64,000 nucleotides of DNA. Source: an uncultured virus (IMG/VR IMGVR_UViG_2675903408_000004) (Duplodnaviria; Heunggongvirae; Uroviricota; Caudoviricetes). The stretch spans positions 1 through 64,000 of the IMG/VR virus record IMGVR_UViG_2675903408_000004. One strand, given 5' to 3'. The notes under the pieces were generated by a model. It saw only the letters and a program-made list of their open reading frames with translations, ran no database searches and had not been told where the DNA came from. Positions 8,539-21,097 of the stretch are shown here, piece after piece. The translations under genes were made by a program, and so were the position numbers. The first letter of the stretch is position 1. Each line of letters opens with the position of its first letter.

Positions 8539-11181
8539 TTAATTTTGTTGATAAGCTTCCCAGATATATTTAACGTTTAATTTATTGCCCCTAAAATTGC
8601 TATCTGCTCCTGTAATAAACATGAAGTTGCCTAAAGCGCCGTAACCTGTATCTCCACCTTTTAAGGATAATCCGGTTGAAGTTACCTGATAGGTATAACC
8701 GCCCAAAGTGCTTTCAATAACTAGTTGACTGTCTTCGGTTGAGATTGGAGTTATTTTTACCAAATCGGGAGTAAAGGTGAGTTGGATTGCTTTACTTGGA
8801 GTACCGTCACCTATATAAGAACCCTTTGCAAACTTTGGGGGAGTGAGGATATCTTCAACTAATACATAATCAGATGCTGCCCGTCCACCTAACATCTCTG
8901 CATTACCATCTATTGAACCACTAATTATCCCTGATTCATTTCGAACGGGGATTGAGTTTGGGGAAGTTGTTGTTGAAGCAGGAAAACCATTCAAGGAGTC
9001 TGCTGATCCTGCAGATGAGACAATCCATTCCTCTCCGTTAAACAGTTCCTGTTTATTAGTCTTTGGGTCAATCCAAATTGTCCCTGTTTCTGGATCTTCT
9101 GGCTTAGCTTCCGTGGAGATTGTATAGAGACCATTAACTTTTCCACTAAGGCTTCCTTTTACTTCAATAGAAGGAGAAGGGAGGTAGGGGTTTTCAGAAG
9201 GATGGCTTGATTTAACTATATCCGAAAGAAGAATCTGATTTATATCTATATCTGCATCTACTCTTCGATATGCTTGAACACCAATAGTGTAGTACATATT
9301 TGAAGGTAATCCGGTAAAAGTAGCTGTACGTCTGTCATATTTAACATTTTGTAAGTTCTCACTAGCTTGCACAGAGCCAAATGTGTACTCCTCATTGTCA
9401 TCACTACCGTGTAAGTAAACCTCAAATCCATCAATGTTGTATTTGTCCTCATCGGAATCAACATAGTCCCACTGAATGGTAATATCAACTGAACCGTTAT
9501 CATTTACCTTATGGGTAATTGCAGTGCCATCAGAAGCAATGGCAGGAGGGGCCGGCTGTACTGAGATTCTGTCATTTCGGATATTGAAGTTTTCAGTGAC
9601 TTTGTCCCATTCAATCTTTCTTTTGTTTAATTCAGTACTTATTTTGTTTGTTCTGTAAACGGTCTTAATGATTTTCTCAAAATCAGATTGAACTCTTTTT
9701 CCATTTGTAACTGTGACACTAATATTTGATTGTTCAAAATCAATTGTTATTGCTGAAAGTATGGCTTTAATATCGGTATTTAAATCACTTTGTTGAACTC
9801 GTACTATGTCTCCTAAACTGAACCTATCCCAGCTATGTTTTTCACTAAGACAGTTAAAAAAGTTTACTATATCGAGTGTTACATTCACTGGCGGTGTATT
9901 ACGACTTTCGAGTTCTTCGTTGGCATCATCATAAAGTTCATTCTCATCATAGATGCTGTCATTTGACCACTCAGTTGTTGAAATGAAACGTGAGAGCAGT
10001 TTTTGCTGATTTTCACTAAAATTGTTCTCAAAAGAAAGCTTTTCTTTAAGCTTAGAAATTGAAGCAGATATTTGAGAAATTGTTGATTCAATCGTAGCAA
10101 TTTGGTTTTTCTTTTCTGCAACTGCTTTCTGCTTTACGGCAAGTTGAGCTTTTAGTTGACTTGTGTCATCTCCAGCTTTCTTCGCAACTTCAATTCGATC
10201 TAATAACTTTTGGACTTCTAGATCAAGTGTGTAAAGCTCATTATTCAATTCGGTTAAACCAGTTTCAGCTTCGTTTTTTTGGGTGAGAAGTTTATTAAAC
10301 GCATTTCCTTCGCTATTAACAAGATCATTATAATCAAGAATTGCATGACAAAGTTCATCTGGCATATAGGCACTGTGGGAAATTACATTTCGTTGTTCGT
10401 CACGTTGAAAGGGGAAGAGGAAATAAGAGAAATCATCAATGTACGATTGGCCAGTCGGGTTCACTGAATTAATACTTATGCCATCTTTTCCAGTAGCATA
10501 CAGTCTTGTTACCAATTCGTCTGCATCATCAGAATCGTCCATGCTAATCATATATTGCCGAGGGTTCAGTTTAAGGCCTTTGTATTTCGAAATGTCTGAT
10601 TCTTTATAAAAGCTTACAGTTTCATTTACTGTATCAAAGACTGGGACTGCATCGAACTTCTCGCAGATTGAATATAAAAAATCAAGCTTGTTAGTTGATG
10701 ATACGTCAAACTGTCTCCGTTTTATGTTAAAGAGAGTATCTATGTATCCAACCGTCCAACTGGTATTCTTTAAACAGTCTGTAACTACTTCCTGGAGATT
10801 TTTAGATGTCTCCTCATATTTAAGAACGTTTATTCTACTCAATTCATGTTGAAGAGATCTGCACTCAATTTGTATAGTATCCATTTCACTGCTGAAGGAC
10901 TTGGTTCTTTTTGTGATAATAAACCAAATCGTAAGCCCATAGAACTCAGTTTTAATTAGGTACCAGGGGTTTAGTAAATCTACAACATGATTCCTTTTAA
11001 TGACCCCATCATAGGTGGCCTTAAGCGGAATAGAGAAGGAGAGTTCATGAACGCTACTTCCATGATTTAAAGTTACAGTTGGATTCAGAACTTCATCAAT
11101 GTTGGCTATTTTAGTCTTGTCTGGCTTAGCAAGGGATAAGCGTATGTTTTTTATTTCTGTATCCTTGCGAATAGTTATCAA
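8539..11181 (-). CDS. yomG: Tail protein (prophage tail endopeptidase/Tal-like) with FN3-like domain
   Basis: [13 protein letters not shown] tail motif; FN3-like [19 protein letters not shown]; follows Dit. Confidence 0.8.
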   Translation of the reverse strand: MITIRKDTEIKNIRLSLAKPDKTKIANIDEVLNPTVTLNHGSSVHELSFSIPLKATYDGVIKRNHVVDLLNPWYLIKTEFYGLTIWFIITKRTKSFSSEMDTIQIECRSLQHELSRINVLKYEETSKNLQEVVTDCLKNTSWTVGYIDTLFNIKRRQFDVSSTNKLDFLYSICEKFDAVPVFDTVNETVSFYKESDISKYKGLKLNPRQYMISMDDSDDADELVTRLYATGKDGISINSVNPTGQSYIDDFSYFLFPFQRDEQRNVISHSAYMPDELCHAILDYNDLVNSEGNAFNKLLTQKNEAETGLTELNNELYTLDLEVQKLLDRIEVAKKAGDDTSQLKAQLAVKQKAVAEKKNQIATIESTISQISASISKLKEKLSFENNFSENQQKLLSRFISTTEWSNDSIYDENELYDDANEELESRNTPPVNVTLDIVNFFNCLSEKHSWDRFSLGDIVRVQQSDLNTDIKAILSAITIDFEQSNISVTVTNGKRVQSDFEKIIKTVYRTNKISTELNKRKIEWDKVTENFNIRNDRISVQPAPPAIASDGTAITHKVNDNGSVDITIQWDYVDSDEDKYNIDGFEVYLHGSDDNEEYTFGSVQASENLQNVKYDRRTATFTGLPSNMYYTIGVQAYRRVDADIDINQILLSDIVKSSHPSENPYLPSPSIEVKGSLSGKVNGLYTISTEAKPEDPETGTIWIDPKTNKQELFNGEEWIVSSAGSADSLNGFPASTTTSPNSIPVRNESGIISGSIDGNAEMLGGRAASDYVLVEDILTPPKFAKGSYIGDGTPSKAIQLTFTPDLVKITPISTEDSQLVIESTLGGYTYQVTSTGLSLKGGDTGYGALGNFMFITGADSNFRGNKLNVKYIWEAYQQN

Positions 11182-11193
11182 TTTTTCACCTTC

Positions 11194-11955
11194 TTATCGA
11201 TACTTAAATCTGAAAGTGAGTCTCAGTTTGCATTTTCCGGTCACTTTCAATCGGTTTTTTCCGTAATCCAATCTAATATAATTGTCATTGAAATCATCGT
11301 ATCTTTCATTCCCAAATAAAGACGACTTGATTATTTCTTTATCACCATTCACTTTAACAATTTCTCTGTCTTTTAGATTGCTAAATATAAAGGGTTCAGT
11401 ATAATCACTCAGGTTCTCGATTTTCACATCGCCGTCACCAATTTTAAGAATTTCAACAGTAGGGTAAATCACAACATCACCTTTGTTATGGAGTTCAATG
11501 ATTTTCATTCCTGATGATATATCAAAGGAGTGGGTACTTGTGTTTCGACTGTATGCATAAGGGGAGTTGCATTTCATTGTCAAACGAACATATCCATGTC
11601 TAGCCGCATTATGGACTAAATCACTGGTGTCCACGGGCATTGCATAATACACAATGTCTAAATTTTCACTGAACGCTAAAGGCTTGTAATCATCAACATC
11701 TAGCCAGCGCTTAATTGCTCTTATTTTTTTCTCGTCATAATTTTCACCAACATAAAAGTTTAAAGGAAATTGTTTTGCTTCTCTTTTGACACCTTCAGTG
11801 TACGGCTCTGATCTTCCTTTTACATAAGTTTCATTAACTGATCGTGAACCCAAAAAAGATTCCTCAACTAACCCAGACTCTGTATTAACGTTTTCCACTC
11901 CGTAGTCAATCGACTTTTCGTTGTCAAACAGGAAATATTGGCTCTGTCTAATCAC
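11194..11955 (-). CDS. yomH: Distal tail protein (Dit)
   Basis: Position after tape measure; CNSPYAYS and LDYGKNRLKV Dit-like motifs. Confidence 0.8.
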   Translation of the reverse strand: MIRQSQYFLFDNEKSIDYGVENVNTESGLVEESFLGSRSVNETYVKGRSEPYTEGVKREAKQFPLNFYVGENYDEKKIRAIKRWLDVDDYKPLAFSENLDIVYYAMPVDTSDLVHNAARHGYVRLTMKCNSPYAYSRNTSTHSFDISSGMKIIELHNKGDVVIYPTVEILKIGDGDVKIENLSDYTEPFIFSNLKDREIVKVNGDKEIIKSSLFGNERYDDFNDNYIRLDYGKNRLKVTGKCKLRLTFRFKYR

Positions 11956-11998
11956 TTTTTCACCCCCAATATAAATAGAGCCGGCAATCTTAGCCGAC

Positions 11999-14900
11999 TC
12001 ATGTGATGTTGAAATTTAGTCCAGTATTTTTAAGCCCATTTGCTAATTGTTTGTACACTAAGCTTGCAGTTTCTTTAGCATTACTAGCTTCTGTTACATT
12101 AATTGTGAATGAGTTCTGATTGTTTGATGTATTTCCTTGAGGTGTAGAAGGGGATACAGTAGGTGTTGATAAGTTCTTAAGAGCTGGAATTAAGCCTTTA
12201 GTTAGATTTGTTTGGCTAGTAACTGCAGCGTTCATTGCTGGGGTGACAAGAGCTATACTCTTACTTAAAACATCTGAAATTTTACCAGGTTGACCCCATT
12301 TAGAGGCAGTCTTTGTTGAACTATCAGTAGACGTTTGACGAACTTGCTTTACAGCTTCCAGCATGTTTTCAGTATCAGTCTTATTTAAGATAAGTTCCTT
12401 GTCATGTAAGAATGCAAGCTTTCCTGCTCCAAGTCCTGTGCCTGTATATCCACCAGAAGCAAATGATGACACCTTTTTACCTGTTGTATTTCCAGTTGTG
12501 ACGGTATTTAATGCACTGGCAGCGTCCTTAAGCTTATCAATCAAGTTATTGGAGATACTTTTCCCAATCGAATTCATATTCTCGTTTATGAACTTGGTGA
12601 ATTCATTAAGCTGCTTAGCGATATCAGTGGTTTTACCATCCATAAGCTTATCTTCAAGCTTTTTAAATGCTCGTTCATCATTTACAAGGTCATCGTACTT
12701 GTTGTTGATTGACTCTTCATCTTTATCAAGCTGATCCTGAAGGGCTTCTTTTCGTTTTGTGTTACTACGATCTTTAATATACTCATCCAAAGCTTCCTGT
12801 TGTTCTTGAAGCTGTTTTTCTAGATCTTTGACTTGAGATTTAGCCTCAGAGGAGTCGTCCATGGAAAGCTTATTGATCTTATCTTTTGTTTCCTGTATTG
12901 CTTGGTTTTTCTCCTTCAATTCCTTCTGATACTTAGCTTCTTCGTCTTCTTTGTCGATCTCATCAATCTTATCTTGGGTTGCTTTCTGATGGGCTTCTAA
13001 CTCAATATCCCGCATCTTTTCGTACATCTCTTTGTAGATGGATACAACTTCATCAGCCAATGATTTATAGATATCCTTGATCGACTTCTTGGTGTTATAA
13101 AGCTCAAGATTAAAATCTTTCTGTTTATCTTTCCAATTTTCAATTTCTTCAGTAATCTGTTCCTGGATGTCAGGGAAACCTTTCGCAGCTTTCTTTTGTT
13201 CTTCAAGCTGCTTAATGTATTTCTTGGCTTCCTTTTGTTGTTGTTGAATGAGCTTTATTTGCTTGCTATAGTATTTAACCTTGTCTTCATCTTCTTCAGT
13301 CATTGAAATTTTGTTATCGACATCTTTAATTTTTCCTTGGGTTTTAGAAGATGACTTTTCAATTGACTTAAGTGTCTCATCCACTTTAGATTGGACAAGT
13401 TGCTTCTGTAGCTCACGAACCTGATCTTGAACAGAAATTAAATCTAGCTTGGCTTGTTTAAGCTCTTCTTGAAGCTGTGCACGTTGAGCGGAGTTCAATG
13501 CTTTATTTGTTTTTATTTCTTTTTGAATCCAATTAACTTTTTGCTGTTGGATTTTAGCTTGCTCTGCCACAGCTTTTTTCTGATCAGAGGTGTATTTGCG
13601 GAATTCCTTGCTGTCAGAAGTGTATCGGTTAGCCATTGATTCATCTTTAGCAATCCGAACATCAAAATCCCCAATCCTTTTATCAAACTCATCGAGTTTA
13701 GATTGAACTAGTTCATACTGAAGTTCTTGAATCTGATCATCGACTGAATCGATATCTCCTTGAAGGGAGAGAAGATCAGATTTAGCCTGGGCTATTCCTT
13801 GTTGCCGTTCTGCCTCAGCTTGTGACGCATCTGAAATAGAAGTTCCAATACCTTGCATGTACTTTTCAGGATCGATTGTTTTTCCGTTTTGCTCAATTTG
13901 TAGATGAAGATGGTTCCCAGTTGAGTTCCCTGTACTGCCAACTTTACCAATAGTTTGACCGGCTTTAACTGATTGACCTGTTTTAACAGAAGGAGTGCTA
14001 AGCATGTGCATGTACTTGGCAACTGTTCCATCATCCTGTTTAATAACAACCCAGTTACCTGCAGTTTTACTGTAGCCAGCAATTTGGACTTTACCACTTT
14101 GAAGAGATTTAATTGCTGTACCTGCTTTTGCGGCAAAATCAGTTCCTTTGTGTGGGGAGGAGCGGAGACCGGATTCCTGTTGTCCATATTTGGAGCTTAC
14201 CCTAAAAGCGCTATTATTTGTATAATAGCTGGCGATTGAAGAAGTTGCAGAGGAGAGGGATTTGCTGTAGTTGGACATGATCTTATTGACGTAATTCTGT
14301 GTTTCTTTAAAAGGAGGGATACCACCATATTTAATTACGTTACCAGGCCCAGCATTATATGCAGCCAATGCTTTTTCAACATTACCGCCAAACTTTTCAA
14401 GTTGTTGGGCGAGGTACTTTGTTCCACCCATAACATTTTGATAAGGATCGTATGCGTTATTTACTCCCAGGCTTTTTGCTGTTGCTGGCATCAGTTGCAT
14501 TAATCCCATGGCACCTACACCAGATCGTGCTTTAGCATTAAACCCTGATTCTTGCTGAATTACAGCTGCAATAAGGGCAGGATCGACATTGTATTTACTA
14601 GCTGCTGAATTTATGTAGCTTGAGTACTTGCCTGAATAGGAACCACCAGTTGAGGAGGGGGTTCCGCCAGAAGAAGTTGTAGAGGTTACAATACCGTATT
14701 GAGTAATGTTACCGGATTTAATTTGATCTTTAAGCAGCTTAGCTTGTTCCTGCATAAGCTTTTTCTTTTGCTGAAGTGCTTTAATTTCTTTCTTGATTGC
14801 ATCTCGATATTTCTGAGAGTATTTAGGATAATCATTGACCTGCTTGTTGTACTTGTCAATCTCAGCATTAACTTTTTCTAATGCTTCCTTGTATTTATCA

Positions 14901-17900
14901 ACAACATACATAGAAGTTTTTACTTCTTCAGAAGCTTTTTCTGCAGATGAAGACATATCTTCCATTGATGTACCAGTCTCTGATAGAGAAGAGGAGGCTA
15001 AATCAGCTAATTTATCAAGTTCATCAAGTTGATCAGTAATGTCAGTAACTTGATTTAAATCTTCTTGGGTTTTAGGAAGGTATTGAATTGCTCCGCCATT
15101 ACCTTTTTTCATTTCCTCAAGAATTTTCTGTTTTTGTTTTTCAAGATCTGATTTCAAATTATAAGCATCTTGAACAGTTTTGATTGCTTTAACTTCAGAT
15201 TTATACATATTAATCTTCTTGTTTAAAGCATTAGCTTGATTTATTAGATCCTGCTTAACAGACTGCTGCATGTCATTGTATGCTTTTAGCTTGGCGTCAC
15301 GTAGCTTAACAACTGCATCTCTGTTTATTTTCACAACGCCATTTTCAATTGAAATAGCGTCTGCAAGATCGTTTTCTTTCTGGATTAACTTCATAGCTTC
15401 CGAAGCTGATAAACTTTTACCTTCAGCCATTTTCTCAAGCAATTCATTTAAAGGGGAGATGTTATCAGCCATGGCATCATAAGCATCGTTTTGCAGTGCG
15501 GAAATTGCTAAATCATTTTGTTTAGAATCAACAAGGTCACTAATAATGGAACTAATTGCTTCAAAGTCACCTTTGGCATCTTTAAGTTTGTCAGATAGGG
15601 TACCAACAGATTCTCCTAAAGCATCTACGCCTTCTCCATTTTCATCCCATGTTACTTTAGCTGATTCGGCTGAATTGTTTGTTGAGTCAATAGCATCCTT
15701 CAGATCCCCATAAGAGAGCACAAGACCATTTGCTTTATCAGTACCATTCACATATTGACTTATTAGGTTTTCAAGACCTTGAGAGGCTTTAGAAAAATCA
15801 GTCTGATTTCCTGATTGTAGAGCCTTTTGGATTTTATCCATATATTGAGATACATTGATAGAAAAGGACTCTAACTGCGATGCATCCATTTTGCTGAAGT
15901 CAATCTTGTTAAATGCATCATTGACTTCCTTGGTGAGTTGAGGGTTAATTTTTATGGAATTAAATGCTTCTACTGTTTTAGAGACTTGTTCACGGATTTT
16001 TGACTGTGAGCTAGATAGAGATTGTTCAACACGAAGAGCTTCTTGTTCAGCTTTAACACCTTGATTTTTAATTGAGCTGTCATCTGCAAAAGGATTTTCA
16101 AAGAATGACCAGAAACCCTTTCCTTTTGAGTAAGTATCAGCCATCTTTTTATATTGTTCAATTTCAGCCTGAAGATCCTTAATTTCTTTCAAACTATCCG
16201 AAAAAGTGTCTTTGGCACCCGTTTGAATATCTTTCTTATTGAGGTCGGCTAGTTCTTGTGTATATTTGATGGCATCTTGTAGAGCGTCATTATTTTTAAT
16301 TATTGCTTGCCCTTGTGAGTCGTAACCAGCAACTAAATTAGGAAACGTTTGAGCTAATTGTTGCGTGACCTGTAGATACTCCTGTTCTTTTTCAGAACTT
16401 AAAGTACCTGATTCTTTTGCTTTTTGAAGCTCTTTATATTGAGCAATTAATTGATCTGTTGTGTCTTTATTGGTTGTGATTGCTTCAATGCTTGTAATTT
16501 TAGCTTGTTCAAAATCTTCTCGTGCTTGTTTTAATTTGGAGTATGAGGATATTAGCTTCTCAATGACAACACCAAAAGCCATCATTGCTGCCATAGGAAG
16601 GAAGCTACCGGCTAAGAAAGCTCCTGTAGTCATTGCTGCCTTTTTTAAGTTCGTAAGTGAAGTTGAAAAAGCAGTTGTGATTTTACTCCAAATTGCTGTT
16701 TTGGCTGAAGCTGCTGTCACTCCAACCGTAAAAGTATTAAAATTAAGGATAAGATTTTTTAGAGTTGCACCCATTGCAGTGCCTGAAGTTATAGCACTTG
16801 CACGAAGTGAAGAGTTAAATAATATTACTGCAGCTGTCGCTGCACCAAATACTTGCGGAAGTAATCCAACGGACTTGGTTACTTGGGCACTTAATTGCAT
16901 TAAACTTTTTAACGCATCAGCGAACACTACGATACTATCAGATATTAACGCTTCACCTGATGCCACAGACATTTCTGTAAAAGCATTGGATAAACGATTA
17001 ACTCTTGCTTGCAAGCTATCGGCATATTTTTGTTGCTCTTTCCATGAACTACCGACTGAATTAGCAGCAGTATTCGCAGCACTTTGGGCAATGGAGAAGT
17101 TATTCATCATTGCGTTAAAACGAGATAACTGGTAAATACCCGCAACGCCTATTGATGTATTTTGTTTCTGAGCATCACTTAACGTATCCCATTTCCCAGC
17201 GAGTTCCTCAATTAATTCGCTCGAAGACTTAGCTTCACCGCCAGCTGTTTTAACTGAGATACCAATCTCTTCTAATGCCTTGATTGAACTTTGGTTATTA
17301 CCAATACGAGCAAAAATGGTCTTTAGTGAGTTCCCTACAATATTTCCTGACTCACGAGTTGTGCTGGCAATTGCTGTTGTGTAACCAATTAAGTCGTTTA
17401 ATTCAACACCGAAAGTAGAGGCTGTAGAGCCGGCTTTTCTTATACTGTTTGCAAGATCTAAGGTACTAACTGCATAGTTGTTGTCGACTTCATTTAACTT
17501 ATCTGCAATTGATATAGAATCACCGGCTGCTACATTAAAGTTAAGCATTGCAGCTGTTAAGGTGTTAACAGTATCGTTAGGATTCAAATCAGAAATGTTC
17601 TGTAAGACCTGAGCGGTTTTAGTTACATCTCCAAGTTCAGATTCACTAAAGCCCATTCGTCCAAATGAACCAGTGATTTCAAGGATATCCGAAATTTTAT
17701 TAGATAGCTGATCACCAAGATCGATTGAGGATTGCAGTAGTTCATTAAATTTGTAATCAGGTAAGTCCATGACTCGTCTAATGTCTGTCATTAAAGTATC
17801 GATTTGAATGACTTGTTCCACCATTGACTTTAATGCTTGAACCCCTGAATAGAACATCGTCCCACTCAGAAAATAAGCGGGCATACGACTAAATGATTGT

Positions 17901-18892
17901 GCTAATTGTTCTCCAAAGCCAGAAACATTAGAAGAAGCAGATGATGCATTCGCAGATACTTCTCTGAACTGCATATTTAGATTCTGCATTTGTGTTCTTA
18001 AATTAGGAGTTCTTGCCGTAAGTTGGTTAACTGAGTTGAGATAATTCTGAAGGGCAGAGGAGTTAGCGGTACTAAGTGAACTGCCGTAACGAGTATTGAG
18101 GTTTTGAACATTTATTTGCGCTTGACGTTGATATAATTGAACTTGATGCTCAAGTTCTTTTGTTTTTGCTTTAGCGGTAGAGGAATCATCAAGTCGTTTA
18201 ATACGATTTGAAATTTGATCAACTTGAGCAGCAGTTTGAGCACCGTTAATTGAAGTGGAAAGTCGAGAGAGCACCTGGGAAGAGACTAATCCTTTTTCTC
18301 TTAACTTTTCTAGGCTTTGGTTTAATTGTTCAATTGCTTTCCTTTGTTGATCGTAATTGGTTGTGGTTCTTGAAGAAGTTGCATTAGTTTTAGGGTCAGT
18401 CGTATAAACAATGTCTTCAAAACCGTTACGGTTTTTCTGTACAACCTTTGTGGTTTGGCCTTGTAAGTTCTTTTGTTCGGTCTTTTTTTGTACTTGACCT
18501 AATTTTTCAGTAGCTTGAGCGAGCTTGTTAACTTCTTGAGTTTCTTGCCTTAGAGCAGCATTGCGATTATTAATTATTTTCGTTTCACGTTGAAGAATCT
18601 CACCGTTTTTCTTGTATTGCTGGGTGAGCTTTTCAACTGATCCATCAGCATTTTTAATTACTGTGGACGTTTCTTTTACTGTTTGATTATAGGATTTTAG
18701 ATTTTTTTGATACGCATCTACAGCAGAAGAGAATTCTTGCAGAGCTTTTAAGGTTGTAGAATCGATATTTGTGTTTAGTTTGAGGGAGTTAAGCTTTTTT
18801 TCTAAAGATTTGATTTGCTGATTTAACTGTTCGACAGTTTTTGATGAGGTATCAGCTTGCGGGGTTAATATGATTTTGAGGTTTTGACTCAA
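11999..18892 (-). CDS. cwlP: Tape measure protein with lytic transglycosylase (SLT) and M23 peptidase domains (CwlP/YomI)
   Basis: 2297 aa helical protein; [23 protein letters not shown] (SLT); HKGTD...HLH (M23). Confidence 0.92.
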   Translation of the reverse strand: MSQNLKIILTPQADTSSKTVEQLNQQIKSLEKKLNSLKLNTNIDSTTLKALQEFSSAVDAYQKNLKSYNQTVKETSTVIKNADGSVEKLTQQYKKNGEILQRETKIINNRNAALRQETQEVNKLAQATEKLGQVQKKTEQKNLQGQTTKVVQKNRNGFEDIVYTTDPKTNATSSRTTTNYDQQRKAIEQLNQSLEKLREKGLVSSQVLSRLSTSINGAQTAAQVDQISNRIKRLDDSSTAKAKTKELEHQVQLYQRQAQINVQNLNTRYGSSLSTANSSALQNYLNSVNQLTARTPNLRTQMQNLNMQFREVSANASSASSNVSGFGEQLAQSFSRMPAYFLSGTMFYSGVQALKSMVEQVIQIDTLMTDIRRVMDLPDYKFNELLQSSIDLGDQLSNKISDILEITGSFGRMGFSESELGDVTKTAQVLQNISDLNPNDTVNTLTAAMLNFNVAAGDSISIADKLNEVDNNYAVSTLDLANSIRKAGSTASTFGVELNDLIGYTTAIASTTRESGNIVGNSLKTIFARIGNNQSSIKALEEIGISVKTAGGEAKSSSELIEELAGKWDTLSDAQKQNTSIGVAGIYQLSRFNAMMNNFSIAQSAANTAANSVGSSWKEQQKYADSLQARVNRLSNAFTEMSVASGEALISDSIVVFADALKSLMQLSAQVTKSVGLLPQVFGAATAAVILFNSSLRASAITSGTAMGATLKNLILNFNTFTVGVTAASAKTAIWSKITTAFSTSLTNLKKAAMTTGAFLAGSFLPMAAMMAFGVVIEKLISSYSKLKQAREDFEQAKITSIEAITTNKDTTDQLIAQYKELQKAKESGTLSSEKEQEYLQVTQQLAQTFPNLVAGYDSQGQAIIKNNDALQDAIKYTQELADLNKKDIQTGAKDTFSDSLKEIKDLQAEIEQYKKMADTYSKGKGFWSFFENPFADDSSIKNQGVKAEQEALRVEQSLSSSQSKIREQVSKTVEAFNSIKINPQLTKEVNDAFNKIDFSKMDASQLESFSINVSQYMDKIQKALQSGNQTDFSKASQGLENLISQYVNGTDKANGLVLSYGDLKDAIDSTNNSAESAKVTWDENGEGVDALGESVGTLSDKLKDAKGDFEAISSIISDLVDSKQNDLAISALQNDAYDAMADNISPLNELLEKMAEGKSLSASEAMKLIQKENDLADAISIENGVVKINRDAVVKLRDAKLKAYNDMQQSVKQDLINQANALNKKINMYKSEVKAIKTVQDAYNLKSDLEKQKQKILEEMKKGNGGAIQYLPKTQEDLNQVTDITDQLDELDKLADLASSSLSETGTSMEDMSSSAEKASEEVKTSMYVVDKYKEALEKVNAEIDKYNKQVNDYPKYSQKYRDAIKKEIKALQQKKKLMQEQAKLLKDQIKSGNITQYGIVTSTTSSGGTPSSTGGSYSGKYSSYINSAASKYNVDPALIAAVIQQESGFNAKARSGVGAMGLMQLMPATAKSLGVNNAYDPYQNVMGGTKYLAQQLEKFGGNVEKALAAYNAGPGNVIKYGGIPPFKETQNYVNKIMSNYSKSLSSATSSIASYYTNNSAFRVSSKYGQQESGLRSSPHKGTDFAAKAGTAIKSLQSGKVQIAGYSKTAGNWVVIKQDDGTVAKYMHMLSTPSVKTGQSVKAGQTIGKVGSTGNSTGNHLHLQIEQNGKTIDPEKYMQGIGTSISDASQAEAERQQGIAQAKSDLLSLQGDIDSVDDQIQELQYELVQSKLDEFDKRIGDFDVRIAKDESMANRYTSDSKEFRKYTSDQKKAVAEQAKIQQQKVNWIQKEIKTNKALNSAQRAQLQEELKQAKLDLISVQDQVRELQKQLVQSKVDETLKSIEKSSSKTQGKIKDVDNKISMTEEDEDKVKYYSKQIKLIQQQQKEAKKYIKQLEEQKKAAKGFPDIQEQITEEIENWKDKQKDFNLELYNTKKSIKDIYKSLADEVVSIYKEMYEKMRDIELEAHQKATQDKIDEIDKEDEEAKYQKELKEKNQAIQETKDKINKLSMDDSSEAKSQVKDLEKQLQEQQEALDEYIKDRSNTKRKEALQDQLDKDEESINNKYDDLVNDERAFKKLEDKLMDGKTTDIAKQLNEFTKFINENMNSIGKSISNNLIDKLKDAASALNTVTTGNTTGKKVSSFASGGYTGTGLGAGKLAFLHDKELILNKTDTENMLEAVKQVRQTSTDSSTKTASKWGQPGKISDVLSKSIALVTPAMNAAVTSQTNLTKGLIPALKNLSTPTVSPSTPQGNTSNNQNSFTINVTEASNAKETASLVYKQLANGLKNTGLNFNIT

Positions 18893-18945
18893 GTAAGAAT
18901 CACTTCCTTTCAGTAGGGAAGGGGGAAAATAAAAAAGCCACTCAG

Positions 18946-19572
18946 CTATTGAGCGGCTTTACTACCTTTGCGTATTGCTATTTCCATAATCCCTTGCCAA
19001 ATTTCAACATTAGATAAAGCTTCCTTAACTTTTTGATCATCTTGTTTAAATCCTTTAGTGTTTTGTAAGCCAGTATCAGTTTTACTCGGTAAGAACTCTA
19101 TTTTAGTTATGGGGTTAGAAAAATCATCAAGTTTTAACTTAAGATTAATCTTTCTAAAATATTTGGATTCGGTTCTGTCTGAAGATAACCCTCCAACAAG
19201 AGCCCCAATACCTCCTGCAGCAAGTCCGCCGATAACGGCTCCTGCCATTTGACTACCTCTAGAAACTCTTGTTATGGATTGATCGTCAATAGCTATCTCA
19301 GCTTCGACTATTTTGCTAAATGGGATTGAATTTTCTTCAATTACCAATATTTCATTGAGATGATGTATAACAAACTTATTTTCTGATTCAACCAAAGTCA
19401 GCTTTTTATTTTTATCTGGGGTCAGATATGACTTATAATCCTTTGGGTAATTTCCTGCGGAAATTATTTTCTCAAAATTTTGTTTTTCTATTTCCTTTTG
19501 TTTATCTGCTCCAAAATCCCCTATTATAAAGAAAGCAGCTATTACTAACAGAACAATAATTGCCCAAATCAT
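18946..19572 (-). CDS. Membrane-anchored accessory (moron) protein
   Basis: N-terminal TM helix and a Gly-rich [18 protein letters not shown] segment. Confidence 0.75.
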   Translation of the reverse strand: MIWAIIVLLVIAAFFIIGDFGADKQKEIEKQNFEKIISAGNYPKDYKSYLTPDKNKKLTLVESENKFVIHHLNEILVIEENSIPFSKIVEAEIAIDDQSITRVSRGSQMAGAVIGGLAAGGIGALVGGLSSDRTESKYFRKINLKLKLDDFSNPITKIEFLPSKTDTGLQNTKGFKQDDQKVKEALSNVEIWQGIMEIAIRKGSKAAQ

Positions 19573-19655
19573 ACAACCACCACCGTGATTATTTTACTAG
19601 ATTATACCATCGTTACCAAAGAGATAAAAGCCGATAACAGTTTATTTTATTTGTA

Positions 19656-20612
19656 TTATTTCTTCTCAGACAATACCTGTTCTAATAAACTTCTGTATTT
19701 AGCTGCTCGTGATCGGAGATTACTACCATTTCTAATCCCTTTAATTAAAAGTATATAAACAATGAAGGCCACAAAAACAGCAGAAGCTGCACCAACTAGG
19801 GGACTATTCATATTCCGATAAAGAATTGAAGCTTGAGTACAAATAAGAACAAGACCAGCACTGAAACCAGGTATTATTTTAGAGTTATCATTTGACTCCT
19901 CTATTTCTTTCATTCTTGCGATTCCTAATACTAATATATCAAAAGTTAATCCTCGAATTCGTTGTAGTTCAGCCTTCTTATTGTTGGCTGTCCAATATCC
20001 AAAGTAATATGTAATGTAGCTAGCAATTTCATAGTCTGACCAATTTAATAAGATTTCATCTAAATTGTCAGCTTGTTTATAAAAGTCTTTTATCCAAAAT
20101 TGCCATGTTCGAATATTAACTACAATTTGATTATCATTCATTTCATGATTTGAAGGAGATGTGGTTTCTTTTTTATTCTCTTTGTCGACCTTAACACGTT
20201 CAAGTAATGTCTTAAAGTAGGCGGCTGTTGCCATATCTTTTTTATCCTTCCCAACAGCAATCAAAAGTATTAATACCGAAAACATAGTGAATGTCAAATA
20301 AACTCCACTTCCTAGGGATTGTTTATCATCAACAAAAATAATTTTCAATGCACCAAAGAATAAGGTTAGTATTACAACAAAAAGTGCAGCAGATTTAGAG
20401 TGATCAAAACTTGATTCAATAAGTGTCATTCTGGCTATCCCAGAAGAAAGATCATTATCACTTAACTGTTTTAAAGCCTCATACTTTTTTGATTGTTCAG
20501 TATGACTTTGCCCCTTAAAAGGAAATTCTTGTCTAATAAATTTAGTTAATTGCCTTAAATTTGATGATGTAAGATGTTCCTTTACACTTTCAATAAATGC
20601 CACTGTAGTCAC
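19656..20612 (-). CDS. Four-TM accessory protein with internal duplication (start may be GTG at 20603)
   Basis: Two similar halves (GIARM...S.D.SK-TM-TM-AA.Y/F..LLE.V). Confidence 0.75.
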   Translation of the reverse strand: MTTVAFIESVKEHLTSSNLRQLTKFIRQEFPFKGQSHTEQSKKYEALKQLSDNDLSSGIARMTLIESSFDHSKSAALFVVILTLFFGALKIIFVDDKQSLGSGVYLTFTMFSVLILLIAVGKDKKDMATAAYFKTLLERVKVDKENKKETTSPSNHEMNDNQIVVNIRTWQFWIKDFYKQADNLDEILLNWSDYEIASYITYYFGYWTANNKKAELQRIRGLTFDILVLGIARMKEIEESNDNSKIIPGFSAGLVLICTQASILYRNMNSPLVGAASAVFVAFIVYILLIKGIRNGSNLRSRAAKYRSLLEQVLSEKK

Positions 20613-20741
20613 CTCAAGGTAAATATCGGCTAAATAATGGCAATTTGAATATTGACATTTTTATATATAACATTTATAATTGATGATTTTTCATTTTTAT
20701 CTTAAGTTATGATACAATATTTTCAAAGAGGAGGGCTAAAA

Positions 20742-20993
20742 ATGGAAAAGATCAGGCGGTACATAATAGCTTTAAAAACAACCGAGGGTCGAGTTTTGAT
20801 GGCAATGATATTAATTTTTGAAGCTTTAGCTGGATCGTTGTTTAAACAGATTAATGCAGTTGATTTTATGGGCACATCAATATTCGGATTGGTAGCTGGA
20901 ATGAGCTTTATTTTCCCAATACTCATAGTCAGTGTTGTCCTCACTAAGGTTTGTAAAAACATCATTGAGAAAAAACCAGATCCTACATATTAA
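20742..20993 (+). CDS. Small two-TM membrane protein (moron)
   Basis: SD GAGGAGGG before ATG 20742; followed by hairpin CCTACATAT/ATATGTAGG plus T-run. Confidence 0.65.
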   Translation: MEKIRRYIIALKTTEGRVLMAMILIFEALAGSLFKQINAVDFMGTSIFGLVAGMSFIFPILIVSVVLTKVCKNIIEKKPDPTY

Positions 20994-21097
20994 TATGTAG
21001 GGTTTTTAAAATATTTTATGTATAAGCAAAATCCCTCGATTGAAGGATCTTGATTCTGCATAAAAGAGGGATTTTATTTAGAAGGAGAGGGGGAGTG

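Noticed and set aside
12363..17135. Plus-strand ORFs inside the tape measure gene (e.g. 16461-17135) and similar shadow ORFs throughout the structural operon
   Set aside because: Antisense or alternate-frame shadows of long well-supported genes.
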